Counted from the stretch's first letter, positions 1 through 8,877 are shown. The stretch is 64,000 nt of DNA from an uncultured Flavobacteriales bacterium (GCA_905478555.1 CAJQIZ010000014.1:741-64740); one strand, 5' to 3'. Notes: a model not told the origin generated them from the sequence alone. Program-made: numbers and translations.

Positions 1-581
1 AATTTGAAAGGTCCTGTCCCAATAGGGTGAGAACGAAAATTTGGACTATCTGCAACTTCAAAAGGAACAACACTACAATATTGCATACTTAATAGAGATA
101 AAAAGGCAGGGAATTTCTGATTTAATTTTAATTCGAAAACAGAGTCGTTTACCTCATAATAATCTTGAACATTATTAAGAACCCAACTAGCTGGAGCCGC
201 TAATTTTTCACTCTTTAATCTATTAAATGAATACACAAAATCAGATGCAACCACTCTTCTACCTTTAGATTCTTCAAATAATTGATGATCATGAAAAAAC
301 ACATTATCTCTTAACAAAAAAGTATACACTAAACCATCATCTGACAGAGACCAACTCTTTGAAACGGAAGGAACAACATTCAAATTCTTATCCATTTTCA
401 CTAAAGAACTAAAGATTTGTGAAGTAGCCCAAATCGTAGCTTTATCTTTTGAAAATGCAGGGTCTAAAGTTGCAATTCCATTCGACTCATTATACTTAAA
501 TATAGACAAGTCAGAATTATCAGACTCAGCACCACAAGAAAATAAAAATAATATACCAATAAAAAAGCCGACTCTTCCCAT
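1..581 (-). CDS. ABC transporter substrate-binding protein (family 5, peptide/oligosaccharide type), N-terminal part; gene runs off the window start
   Basis: Own translation of minus strand from ATG at 581-579: MGRVGFFIGILFLFSCGAESDN... (lipoprotein-type signal, LFSC lipobox) continuing open to position 1 and ending ...RSHPIGTGPFKF, a motif typical of SBP_bac_5 proteins. Absent from ORF track because it is truncated by the window edge. Confidence 0.6.
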   Translation of the reverse strand, partial: MGRVGFFIGILFLFSCGAESDNSDLSIFKYNESNGIATLDPAFSKDKATIWATSQIFSSLVKMDKNLNVVPSVSKSWSLSDDGLVYTFLLRDNVFFHDHQLFEESKGRRVVASDFVYSFNRLKSEKLAAPASWVLNNVQDYYEVNDSVFELKLNQKFPAFLSLLSMQYCSVVPFEVADSPNFRSHPIGTGPFK

Positions 582-635
582 TTATTTCAAATTTTAAAGT
601 CGCTAATTTAAGTAATTTTTATCGTATTACTTCAT

Positions 636-1188
636 TTAGTTAAGCTCTCCATTATAAACCCATGGTTTTTCATTATTATCTGTAACATATATGTGATATA
701 AATAAGTTCTATTTACTATAACATCATTAGAAAAAAATTCTTTTCCATTCCAATCATTATCTATATTATTAGAGAAATACACCATCTCTCCCCATCTATT
801 ACAAATCTTCATTTCAAAAGAATAAACTCCATTTACTTTCACTTCAAAAATATCATTTAAACCGTCATTATTTGGAATAAATGCGTAGCAACAAAAACAG
901 AAAACTCTTCTACTACAACAACTTCATGAATTAACTCATCATTACATCCAAATTCATTTTCCACATACAATAACACTTCAAACAAACCAGTTTCTGAAAA
1001 GAATTAGTACTAGTCCTATTTACAAAATCCCATAACCATGTATTTCGGTTTCCGGTAGATAAGTCTTCAAACTCAACTACAAGGGAACCACATCCAGTAT
1101 TGGAGGTTATTGTCGTAAAATCAGAGATCACTTGCGAGCTGATACTTTTACAGAATAACATGAATATAAGAAATAGAAAATAAACCAA
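636..1188 (-). pseudogene. Decayed small secreted protein: signal peptide + PKD-like domain + T9SS type B (gliding-motility C-terminal, CHU_C) sorting domain, broken by at least two frameshifts
   Basis: ORF 931-1188 gives a signal peptide plus PKD-like FTTITSNTGCGSLVVEFEDLSTGN..TWLWDF. A second frame continues SETGLFEVLLYVENEFGCNDELIHEVVVVEEFSVFVA. A third frame (extending ORF 636-842 upstream of its Met) gives AFIPNNDGLNDIFEVKVNGVYSFEMKICNRWGEMVYFS...WNGK, the type B CTD signature. The three pieces are colinear but in three frames. Confidence 0.7.
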
Positions 1189-1347
1189 TGAAACATTAAG
1201 AAAAAAGTACGTTTAATCGAGTGGTACGGTAAAGTTAAAAACATAAGTATGGATTTAGGTTCAGAAAAAAAGTCATAAACTTAATTAAAAAAAGAAACGA
1301 TAAAAAAATAAATAGGTTACAAATAATAAATACTTTTTATCTTTTAA

Positions 1348-1355
1348 TACTTTTG
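1348..1355 (+). promoter_or_regulatory. Bacteroidota sigma-A -7 box (TACTTTTG, consensus TAnnTTTG) for mtaB
   Basis: Exact match to TAnnTTTG, ending 4 nt before the mtaB ATG (1360). Confidence 0.45.
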
Positions 1356-1359
1356 CAGT

Positions 1360-2655
1360 ATGTTTAATGGAAAGACATCAGCATTTTATACTTTGGGTTG
1401 TAAACTAAATTTCTCCGAGAGTTCTACAATAGCTCGTCAGCTAAATAAAGTTGGTTTTAAGAAGAACGATTTTAATGATGGAGCAGACTTGTATGTAATA
1501 AACACTTGTTCGGTTACCGAAAATGCAAATAAGGAATGCAGGAGGTTAATACGAAAAGCAAAAAAAATATCTCCAAATAGTTTTGTAGTTATTACAGGTT
1601 GCTTTGCCCAACTAAAACCAAAATCAATTTCCGAAATGGAAGGAGTAGACATGGTATTAGGGGCAAACGACAAGTTTAATTTACCAAATTTACTATTAGA
1701 TTTAGAAAATAAAGAAATTGGAGAAGTTTATGGTTGTGAGATAACAGACTTAAATTACACTTCCTCTTTTTCACTGGAAGAAAGAACTAGATCGTTCCTT
1801 AAAATACAAGATGGCTGTGATTACCCTTGTACCTATTGTACTATTCCATTAGCAAGAGGAAAAAGTAGGTGTGATACCACAGAAAATATTTTAAAAAATG
1901 CTGCAGAAATAGCAAAAAATAACATAAAAGAAATTGTAATTACTGGGGTAAACATTGGAGAATTCAGAGATGGAAAAAAACGATTTTCGGATCTTACCAA
2001 AGAACTAGAAAATGTAGATGGAATAGAACGATACCGAATATCCTCTATTGAGCCAAACTTAATTACAAATGAGATTATTGAAACAGTAAAAAAATCTAAA
2101 AAATTCATGCCTCATTTTCATATTCCATTACAATCAGGAAGTGATGAAGTATTAGGGAAAATGAAAAGAAGATACCGAACGACACTCTATAAAGATAAAG
2201 TAGAAAAAATAGTATCTGAAATACCAGATGTATGTATCGGTGCAGATGTAATTGTTGGTTTTCCAGGAGAAACAGATGAACTTTTTAATTCCACATTACA
2301 TTTTATAAAAGAGCTACCTATTTCCTATTTGCATGTATTTAGCTATTCAGAAAGAGAAAATACCTTAGCGGCTACTTTTGATGGTGTAGTACCAAAACAA
2401 AAGAGAGCAGAAAGAAGTAAGAAGCTACGTATTTTATCGGATAAACTACAAAGAGCGCATTACCAAAAATATTTAGGAACTACACAAACGGCACTTATGG
2501 AACAAGAAAACAAAAATGGATTCTTATTCGGATTTACCGATAATTATATAAAAATAAAAATTCTGTATTCAAAGGAATTAATGAAAAAGAAAATAAAAAT
2601 TAAACTACTTTCTTTTGATGAAAATGGACAAATAATATCTGAAAAAATAAACTAA
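1360..2655 (+). CDS. mtaB: tRNA (N6-threonylcarbamoyladenosine37-C2)-methylthiotransferase, radical SAM MiaB-like family
   Basis: N-terminal UPF0004 Cys triad (LGCKLN, NTCSVT, TGCFAQ), radical SAM CDYPCTYC (CxxxCxxC), C-terminal TRAM-like region. N-terminus FYTLGCKLNFSESSTIARQL is MtaB-like. Confidence 0.85.
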   Translation: MFNGKTSAFYTLGCKLNFSESSTIARQLNKVGFKKNDFNDGADLYVINTCSVTENANKECRRLIRKAKKISPNSFVVITGCFAQLKPKSISEMEGVDMVLGANDKFNLPNLLLDLENKEIGEVYGCEITDLNYTSSFSLEERTRSFLKIQDGCDYPCTYCTIPLARGKSRCDTTENILKNAAEIAKNNIKEIVITGVNIGEFRDGKKRFSDLTKELENVDGIERYRISSIEPNLITNEIIETVKKSKKFMPHFHIPLQSGSDEVLGKMKRRYRTTLYKDKVEKIVSEIPDVCIGADVIVGFPGETDELFNSTLHFIKELPISYLHVFSYSERENTLAATFDGVVPKQKRAERSKKLRILSDKLQRAHYQKYLGTTQTALMEQENKNGFLFGFTDNYIKIKILYSKELMKKKIKIKLLSFDENGQIISEKIN

Positions 2656-3819
2656 ATGTATCCAACAATAAGCCATTTACTAAACGATTTATTAGGAATA
2701 AATATTCCATTACCTATACAAACATTCGGATTTTTTGTAGCAATGGCTTTTATTATGGGAAGTTACTTTATTACCAAAGAATTTAAAAGAAAAGAAAAAG
2801 AAGGACTTTTATCTACTATAAAAAAGAAAGTGAAAATAGGAGAAGGAGTCACAAATTATGAGCTTTTAAGTGCTATAATTGGAGGATTCCTAATCGGTTT
2901 TAAATTAGTAGAAGCATTTTTTGATTATGACGCCTTAGTGCAAAACCCTCAGGAATTTATACTTTCTACAAGAGGAAATGTAATGGGAGGTATAATTATT
3001 GCAGCTATTTCTGTTTACACAAAATACAAGGAGAAAGAAAAAACAAAACTTGCCGAACCAAAATGGATAGAACAAAGTATACAACCTCATCAGTTAGTTG
3101 GTAATATGATAATGATTGCTGCTATTAGCGGTATTATTGGTGCTAAGATTTTTGCTAGTTTAGAAAATTGGAATGATTTTTTATTAGACCCTTGGGGACA
3201 ATTATTTTCTTTTAGCGGACTTACCTTTTATGGAGGATTAATTTTCGGAGCTATTTCAGTAAGTTATTATGCCCGAAAAAATGGAATAAAACTCTTACAC
3301 TTAATTGATGTTTTCGCTCCTTCACTTATATTATCCTACGGAATTGGCCGTATTGGTTGTCACCTTAGTGGAGATGGAGATTGGGGGATAGTAAACAATG
3401 CCGCAAAACCTGAATGGATGAGTTTTTTACCTGATTGGATATGGAGCTACAACTACCCAAATAATGTCATCAATTCTGGAATTCCAATACCAGGATGTGA
3501 AGGAAATTTCTGCTATCAACTTGCAGAAAATGTATTCCCTACCCCATTTTATGAAATCATTATGGCAGGAATAATATTTCTGTTTTTGTGGAACATCCGT
3601 AAAAAGATAAATATTGCAGGAATGTTATTTTTCATCTACTTAACCCTAAACGGAATAGAACGATTCTTTATAGAAAAAATAAGGGTAAATACCAAGTACG
3701 ATATTTTAGGAGGAATAACACAAGCAGAAATAATCTCCTTTTGTTTAATACTTACAGGAATTGTAGGGATTTACTTATTAAATAAGAAGAAAGGTAAATC
3801 ATCAACACAAATAAATTAA
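2656..3819 (+). CDS. lgt: Prolipoprotein diacylglyceryl transferase (long Bacteroidota form)
   Basis: Polytopic membrane protein with GRIGCHLSGDGDWG and FYGGLIFG motifs resembling Lgt. Starts directly at the mtaB stop. Confidence 0.7.
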   Translation: MYPTISHLLNDLLGINIPLPIQTFGFFVAMAFIMGSYFITKEFKRKEKEGLLSTIKKKVKIGEGVTNYELLSAIIGGFLIGFKLVEAFFDYDALVQNPQEFILSTRGNVMGGIIIAAISVYTKYKEKEKTKLAEPKWIEQSIQPHQLVGNMIMIAAISGIIGAKIFASLENWNDFLLDPWGQLFSFSGLTFYGGLIFGAISVSYYARKNGIKLLHLIDVFAPSLILSYGIGRIGCHLSGDGDWGIVNNAAKPEWMSFLPDWIWSYNYPNNVINSGIPIPGCEGNFCYQLAENVFPTPFYEIIMAGIIFLFLWNIRKKINIAGMLFFIYLTLNGIERFFIEKIRVNTKYDILGGITQAEIISFCLILTGIVGIYLLNKKKGKSSTQIN

Positions 3820-3837
3820 GGACTAATTTTAATATTG

Positions 3838-4506
3838 CTAATTGACACCAATATTACCGCAATACTTAAGAGGAAATCTATCTAAATAATTATCAGTATC
3901 AGATGCCCAATGCCCATATTCTACAGATACTGATCCATAACTAAGTTTAATTGTAATAACTAACAATTTATTTATATATTTATCATCCCATAAAAAAACA
4001 TGATCTTCACATAGATATTTGCTATAATGATCTGTTAATTTCTCCCAACCAATAGTGTGTAATTTTGGTCTCTTAAATATGATATAAGTTTGTAAATCTC
4101 CAAATTCTTGACTAAAGCCTGCATACGTAAAAAGATATTGTTTTTCATCTTAAAAAGAAGACGTTTCTTTGAGAGTTATATCCTTAATAAATGCGCCATT
4201 TATTGGATCTATAATCTTAGACATTCCAGACTTCAAACCATCTTTAAAAACCATCATTTGCAACACTACCTTTGGTTTGTCCAAGTCTTGTTTTATAAAA
4301 TAATAACGACTCAAATAATCTATAAAAAAAGCAGTTCCTGTAAACATAGACTTATCTTTATTATATACAATACAATTTGTAATTACCAAACTATCAAAAT
4401 TTGTAAACGAGTCTTCAATTAAATTAGATTGCAATATTGTTGAAGTGTCTATTTATAAAATTACAAGAAAAGTGAACATCAGGTACAAGACAACTATTTT
4501 CTTCAT
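3838..4506 (-). pseudogene. Hypothetical secreted protein gene: one 222-codon frame interrupted by two in-frame TAA codons (4453-4455 and 4150-4152)
   Basis: Codon-by-codon reading of the minus strand: MKKIVVLYLMFTFLVIL-TAA-IDTSTILQSNLIEDS...KETSSF-TAA-DEKQYLFTYAGFSQEFGDLQTYIIFKRPKLHTIGWEKLTDHYSKYL...CGNIGVN-TAG. 669 nt is divisible by 3 and no frameshift is needed. The ORF track shows only the middle piece (4150-4434). Confidence 0.65.
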
Positions 4507-4510
4507 AATA

Positions 4511-5965
4511 TTATACTTTTAAATTTATCCAAGAATACTTTCCTAACCTTAAAGAATCTAACCCAATAAAAGTAATTATACCATTCAGTATAAGTAACTC
4601 AAAACCAAATTCATAATTGAACCACTCAAACGAATGATCAGCAATATAATAAGTTAAAAAAGGAGATAAAATACAGACTATAGGTACATACATATCTTTT
4701 ACCTTCCATTTTGTAAACAGACCAAAAGCGTACAAACCAAGTAGTGGTCCATAAGTATACCCTGCAGCTTTAAACAAATCTGAAACTACACTATCATCAT
4801 TCTTTAACTTAAACAATAAAATAACTACAATTAAAAGTAAAGAGAACCCTAAATGAACCATCTTCCTAGTCTTCACTTGTTTTCTACTATCCGAACTATC
4901 AAAATCTAAAATATCTACACAAAAAGAAGTAGTAAGGGAAGTTAAAGCAGAATCTGCACTAGAATAGGCAGCAGCTATTAATCCTAAAATAAATACTATA
5001 CCTAATATCATTCCTAACTTCCCATTATTTACAACTGCCGGGAACAAATCATCTGGATTATCAAATGCAATACCATTATTATTCGCATAAATATAAAGCA
5101 AAGCCCCAAGAGATAAAAACAATAAATTAACAAAAACTAACACCACAGAAAACCATAACATATTTTTTTGTGCTTCTTTTATATTTTTGCAACTCAAGTT
5201 TTTCTGCATCATATCCTGGTCTAATCCCGTCATAACAATAGCCATAAACATACCCGCCAAAAATTGTTTTGCAAAATGATTTTTACCTTCCCAAAAGAAA
5301 ACTTGAGAATAATCGCTCTCCTTAACCGTACTAAAAAAGGAGGTGAAACTCAAATTCATATCTTCTGAAATTAAATACACGCTCATACCCACAGCCAAAA
5401 GCATAAATAGGGTTTGTAAAGTATCCGTCCAAATAATAGTTTTAATACCACTCCTAAAAGTATACACCCAAATAAGTAAAATAGTAATAAGTACTGTTTG
5501 CCAAAAAGGAATCCCTAAACTATCGCAAACAAATAACTGTAATACATTTGCAACCAAATACAAACGGAAGGAAGCTCCAATCACCCTACTTAACAAAAAG
5601 AAAGAGGCAGCTGTTTTGTATGAAGAATTTCCTAATCTATCTTTTAAATAAGTGTAAATAGAGGTGAGATTTAAACGATAGTACAAAGGTATAAGCACTG
5701 TAGCAATTACTAAATAACCCGCCAAATAACCAAACACCATTTGCATATACGAAAACTGACTTGCCTCTACCCAACCAGGTACCGATATAAAAGTAACACC
5801 CGAAAGAGAAGCTCCTATCATACCAAAAGCTACAATATACCAAGGTGATTTTTTATCTCCAAGAAAAAAACTATTGTTACTATCTGATTTACCAGTAAAA
5901 AAAGATACCAAAATGAGAAGTAAAAAATAAGAGAATATTGTAGTTAGAATAACGGTTGTAGTCAT
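4511..5965 (-). CDS. Sodium:solute symporter family (SSF) transporter
   Basis: 484 aa, about 13 predicted hydrophobic helices, overall similarity to SSF permeases (GASLSGVTFISVPG region). Confidence 0.7.
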   Translation of the reverse strand: MTTTVILTTIFSYFLLLILVSFFTGKSDSNNSFFLGDKKSPWYIVAFGMIGASLSGVTFISVPGWVEASQFSYMQMVFGYLAGYLVIATVLIPLYYRLNLTSIYTYLKDRLGNSSYKTAASFFLLSRVIGASFRLYLVANVLQLFVCDSLGIPFWQTVLITILLIWVYTFRSGIKTIIWTDTLQTLFMLLAVGMSVYLISEDMNLSFTSFFSTVKESDYSQVFFWEGKNHFAKQFLAGMFMAIVMTGLDQDMMQKNLSCKNIKEAQKNMLWFSVVLVFVNLLFLSLGALLYIYANNNGIAFDNPDDLFPAVVNNGKLGMILGIVFILGLIAAAYSSADSALTSLTTSFCVDILDFDSSDSRKQVKTRKMVHLGFSLLLIVVILLFKLKNDDSVVSDLFKAAGYTYGPLLGLYAFGLFTKWKVKDMYVPIVCILSPFLTYYIADHSFEWFNYEFGFELLILNGIITFIGLDSLRLGKYSWINLKV

Positions 5966-6011
5966 ATAAATTTTGTTTTTACAAATCTACCATAAAAATA
6001 ATAGAATTACC

Positions 6012-6019
6012 TAAATTTG
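6012..6019 (+). promoter_or_regulatory. -7 box TAAATTTG for recR
   Basis: Exact TAnnTTTG, ending 5 nt before the recR ATG (6025). Confidence 0.45.
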
Positions 6020-6024
6020 CATCT

Positions 6025-6642
6025 ATGAATTTTCCCTCCAAACTTGTAGAAAATGCTGTAAACCAACTTTCCTCCTTACCAGGAATAGGAAAAAAATCAG
6101 CTTTACGATTGGTTTTGCACATGCTAAATCAGAAAAAAGAAAACATCAACCAGTTCGGGAATTCTTTTATTGACCTTATAAACAATATTAATTACTGTTC
6201 GGAATGTTTCTCTATTTCTGATAGTATGAAGTGTGAGATCTGTTCGAATGAAAAGAGAGATAGATCTACTATTTGTGTGGTAGAAGATATCCGTGTGATG
6301 ATGGCAGTAGAGAACACACTTCAGTTTAAAGGGATTTATCACGTTTTAGGAGGATTAATCTCCCCAATGGATGGAATTGGACCTTCTGACATAAAAGTAG
6401 AAGAATTAGTTGAAAAAACTAAAAATTCTCAAGTAAAAGAAATCATTTTTGCCCTTAGTAGTACTATGGAAGGAGATACTACTAACTTCTATCTATTCAG
6501 AAGGTTAAAGGACAGTGATTTAAAGATATCTTCCATTGCAAAAGGGATTTCTATAGGAGATGAATTAGAGTATACTGACGAGCTAACTTTAGGTACTGCC
6601 ATTAGCAGAAGACTACCGTACGAAAACTCCTTATCAAAATAG
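6025..6642 (+). CDS. recR: Recombination protein RecR
   Basis: N-terminal helix-hairpin-helix LPGIGKKSALRL, C4 zinc finger CSECFSISDSMKCEIC, Toprim-like core VVEDIRVMMAVE. Confidence 0.9.
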   Translation: MNFPSKLVENAVNQLSSLPGIGKKSALRLVLHMLNQKKENINQFGNSFIDLINNINYCSECFSISDSMKCEICSNEKRDRSTICVVEDIRVMMAVENTLQFKGIYHVLGGLISPMDGIGPSDIKVEELVEKTKNSQVKEIIFALSSTMEGDTTNFYLFRRLKDSDLKISSIAKGISIGDELEYTDELTLGTAISRRLPYENSLSK

Positions 6643-6664
6643 TTTTTTACTACATTAGTTTTAC

Positions 6665-6672
6665 TATTTTTG
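6665..6672 (+). promoter_or_regulatory. -7 box TATTTTTG upstream of the E2 gene
   Basis: Exact TAnnTTTG 16 nt upstream of ATG 6689. Confidence 0.4.
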
Positions 6673-6688
6673 TCAAAAATTTAAAACA

Positions 6689-8030
6689 ATGCCAAGAGTA
6701 GAGCTAATAATGCCCAAAATGGGTGAAAGTGTTTCAGAAGCAACTATAATTACATGGAGTAAAAAAGTAGGAGAAATGGTTGAATTAGATGAAACAATTG
6801 TTGAGATTGCAACAGATAAAGTAGATTCTGAAGTTCCTTCAACACATGAAGGAAAATTAGTAGAAATGCTATTTGAAGCAGATGATGTTGTACAAGTTGG
6901 TGAACCATTTGCCATTTTAGAAACAGAATTAGGAGGAGATACCTCTACTGCTACAGAAACAAAATTAGGAGGAGATACCTCTACTGCTACAGAAACAAAA
7001 TTAGAAGATGTAGCTACTCCTACAAAAACAGAAACTCCTGTTGCAACAGAAACTGAGACAACTACTATCACCAATTCTGGAGAGAGATTTTACTCTCCAT
7101 TAGTAAGAAGTATGGCTTCTGAAGAAGGAATTGAAATGACAGAACTAGAAACTATTCCAGGAAGCGGAAAAGAGGGAAGACTAACAAAGTCGGACATGAT
7201 TTCTTACCTTAAAACAAGAGGATCTGCACCAGCAGCAACTAATGTAAAAGTAGAAACAAAACCAACTCCTACACCAAAAGCAGCTGATCCTACTCATTCT
7301 CCAGTAAAAATTCCAAATACAGGTGGAACAGAAATTGTAGAAATGGACAGAATGAGAAAATTAATTTCTTCTCACATGACTATGTCAAAGCACACTTCAG
7401 CACATATTACTTCTTTTGTAGAAGCAGATATGACTAATATTGTAAACTGGAGAAACTCAGTAAAAGCAGACTTTAAAAAGAGAGAAGGACAAAACATTAC
7501 CTTCACACCTATTATAATTGAAGCAATGGCAAAAGCTGTTAAGGATTTCCCAATGATTAATGTTTCCGTAGATGGAACTAATATACATATACATAAAAAT
7601 GTAAACATTGGTATGGCAGCAGCCTTATCTGATGGAAATCTTATTGTTCCGGTAATAAAAGAATGTCAGAATAAAAACTTAGTCGGTATCACTAAAGCAG
7701 TAAACGATTTAGCAACAAGATCTAAGTGGAAATTTAAAACCAGATGACATTCAAGGAGGTACAATTACCATGACCAATGTTGGTACTTTCGGAAACCTTA
7801 TGGGAACTCCAATTATCAATCAACCTCAAGTAGCTATTATGGCTTGTGGTGTTATTAAAAAGAAACCAGTTGTATTAGAATTAGTAGAAGGAGATGTAAT
7901 AGCTATTCGTCATATGATGTTCCTTTCTTTATCATATGACCATAGAGTTGTAGATGGAGCACTTGGAGGACAATTTGTAAGAAGAGTTGCAGATTACTTA
8001 GAACAATTTGATACCAACACAATAGTATAA
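6689..8030 (+). pseudogene. 2-oxoacid dehydrogenase E2 component (dihydrolipoyllysine-residue acyltransferase) split by a +1 frameshift near 7724-7729 (true pseudogene or sequence error)
   Basis: ORF 6689-7747 has the lipoyl domain (IATDKVDSEV), a Thr/Glu/Pro linker, the subunit-binding domain (FYSPLVRSMASEEGIEM..GSGKEGRLTKSD) and most of the catalytic domain. ORF 7770-8030 in the next frame carries the catalytic end (TNVGTFG..., SLSYDHRVVDGALGG). The +1 frame reads ...GNLKPDDIQGGTITMTNVGTFG, as expected for E2. Confidence 0.8.
6929..7000 (+). repeat. Perfect 36-bp x2 tandem duplication inside the E2 linker (encodes LGGDTSTATETK twice)
   Basis: ttaggaggagatacctctactgctacagaaacaaaa occurs at 6929-6964 and again, identical, at 6965-7000. 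Confidence 0.95.
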
Positions 8031-8052
8031 CTTATTATTAACAATACAGAAA

Positions 8053-8078
8053 CCTCAAGGAAACTTGGGGTTTTTTTT
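8053..8078 (+). terminator. Rho-independent terminator after the E2 gene
   Basis: 7-bp stem CCTCAAG/CTTGGGG (one G-U pair) with a GAAA loop, followed by T8 (8071-8078). Confidence 0.7.
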
Positions 8079-8091
8079 ATACTTTTACAAG

Positions 8092-8877
8092 ATGAATTTA
8101 AAATTAGAAAAACCAATTGTATTCTTTGATTTAGAAACCACTGGAGTACAAGTAGCAAAAGACAGAATAGTAGAAATAGCTATCCTAAAAGTATTCCCTA
8201 ACGGAAACAAAGAAAGTAAAACTTGGTTGGTAAACCCTACTATCCCTATCCCTTTAGTAACCACTGCAATACACGGAATATCAGATGAAAAAGTAGCAAA
8301 AGAACCTACATTTGCTCAGCTTGCTACTGAAATATCAGAACTTATACATAACTGTGATTTGGCAGGATATAACTCTAACAAATTTGATATACCATTACTT
8401 GCAGAAGAGTTTTTAAGAGTTGGTATAGATTTTAATATGGATAACAGACAAGCGGTAGATATTCAGAATATATTCCATAAAATGGAACAAAGAACATTGG
8501 TAGCGGCCTACAAATTTTATTGCAATAAAGATTTATCTAACGCACACTCTGCAGAGGCCGATACTACCGCAACTTATGAAGTACTACTTTCTCAATTAGA
8601 TAAATATGAAGAATTAGAAAATGATGTAAACTTCCTTTCCGAATTTTCTCAAAGAGGAGGGAAATTTGCGGATATGGCAGGTTTTGTAAGGTATAATGAA
8701 CTAGGAGAAGAAGTGTTAAGTTTTGGGAAATATAGAGATGTTACCCTAAAACAAATTTGGAACGACAACAAAGGATATTTTTCTTGGATACAAAATGCAG
8801 ACTTCCCTTTATACACTAAAAATGTAATGAAGAGCTTTGCAAATAAAATTAGATTGGAAAGTAAGTTTAATTCTTAG
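8092..8877 (+). CDS. DEDD-family 3'-5' exonuclease (DnaQ/epsilon-like) domain protein
   Basis: FFDLETTG (Exo I), HGISDE, YNSNKFDIPLL (Exo II), HSAEADT (Exo III). Start moved to ATG 8092 because the track start (8065) lies inside the upstream terminator hairpin. Confidence 0.8.
   Translation: MNLKLEKPIVFFDLETTGVQVAKDRIVEIAILKVFPNGNKESKTWLVNPTIPIPLVTTAIHGISDEKVAKEPTFAQLATEISELIHNCDLAGYNSNKFDIPLLAEEFLRVGIDFNMDNRQAVDIQNIFHKMEQRTLVAAYKFYCNKDLSNAHSAEADTTATYEVLLSQLDKYEELENDVNFLSEFSQRGGKFADMAGFVRYNELGEEVLSFGKYRDVTLKQIWNDNKGYFSWIQNADFPLYTKNVMKSFANKIRLESKFNS

Noticed and set aside
4108-4422. 104-aa plus-strand ORF overlapping the 3838-4506 locus
   Set aside because: It is antisense to a frame that reads coherently for 222 codons with a signal peptide. 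The plus-strand product is Ile/Lys/Phe-rich low complexity typical of AT-rich antisense frames.
3838-4506. Possibility that TAA is reassigned to a sense codon in this organism
   Set aside because: Many well-supported genes in the window terminate at the expected position with TAA (e.g. mtaB, lgt, purA, guaB, the 646-aa PPIase gene), so a genome-wide TAA reassignment is not tenable.
6673-7074. 133-aa minus-strand ORF with striking internal repeats (VSVAVEVSPPNFVSVAVEVSPPN)
   Set aside because: It is the antisense shadow of the E2 linker and its 36-bp tandem duplication. The plus-strand E2 reading has clear lipoyl and binding-domain motifs, and the antisense product is low-complexity.
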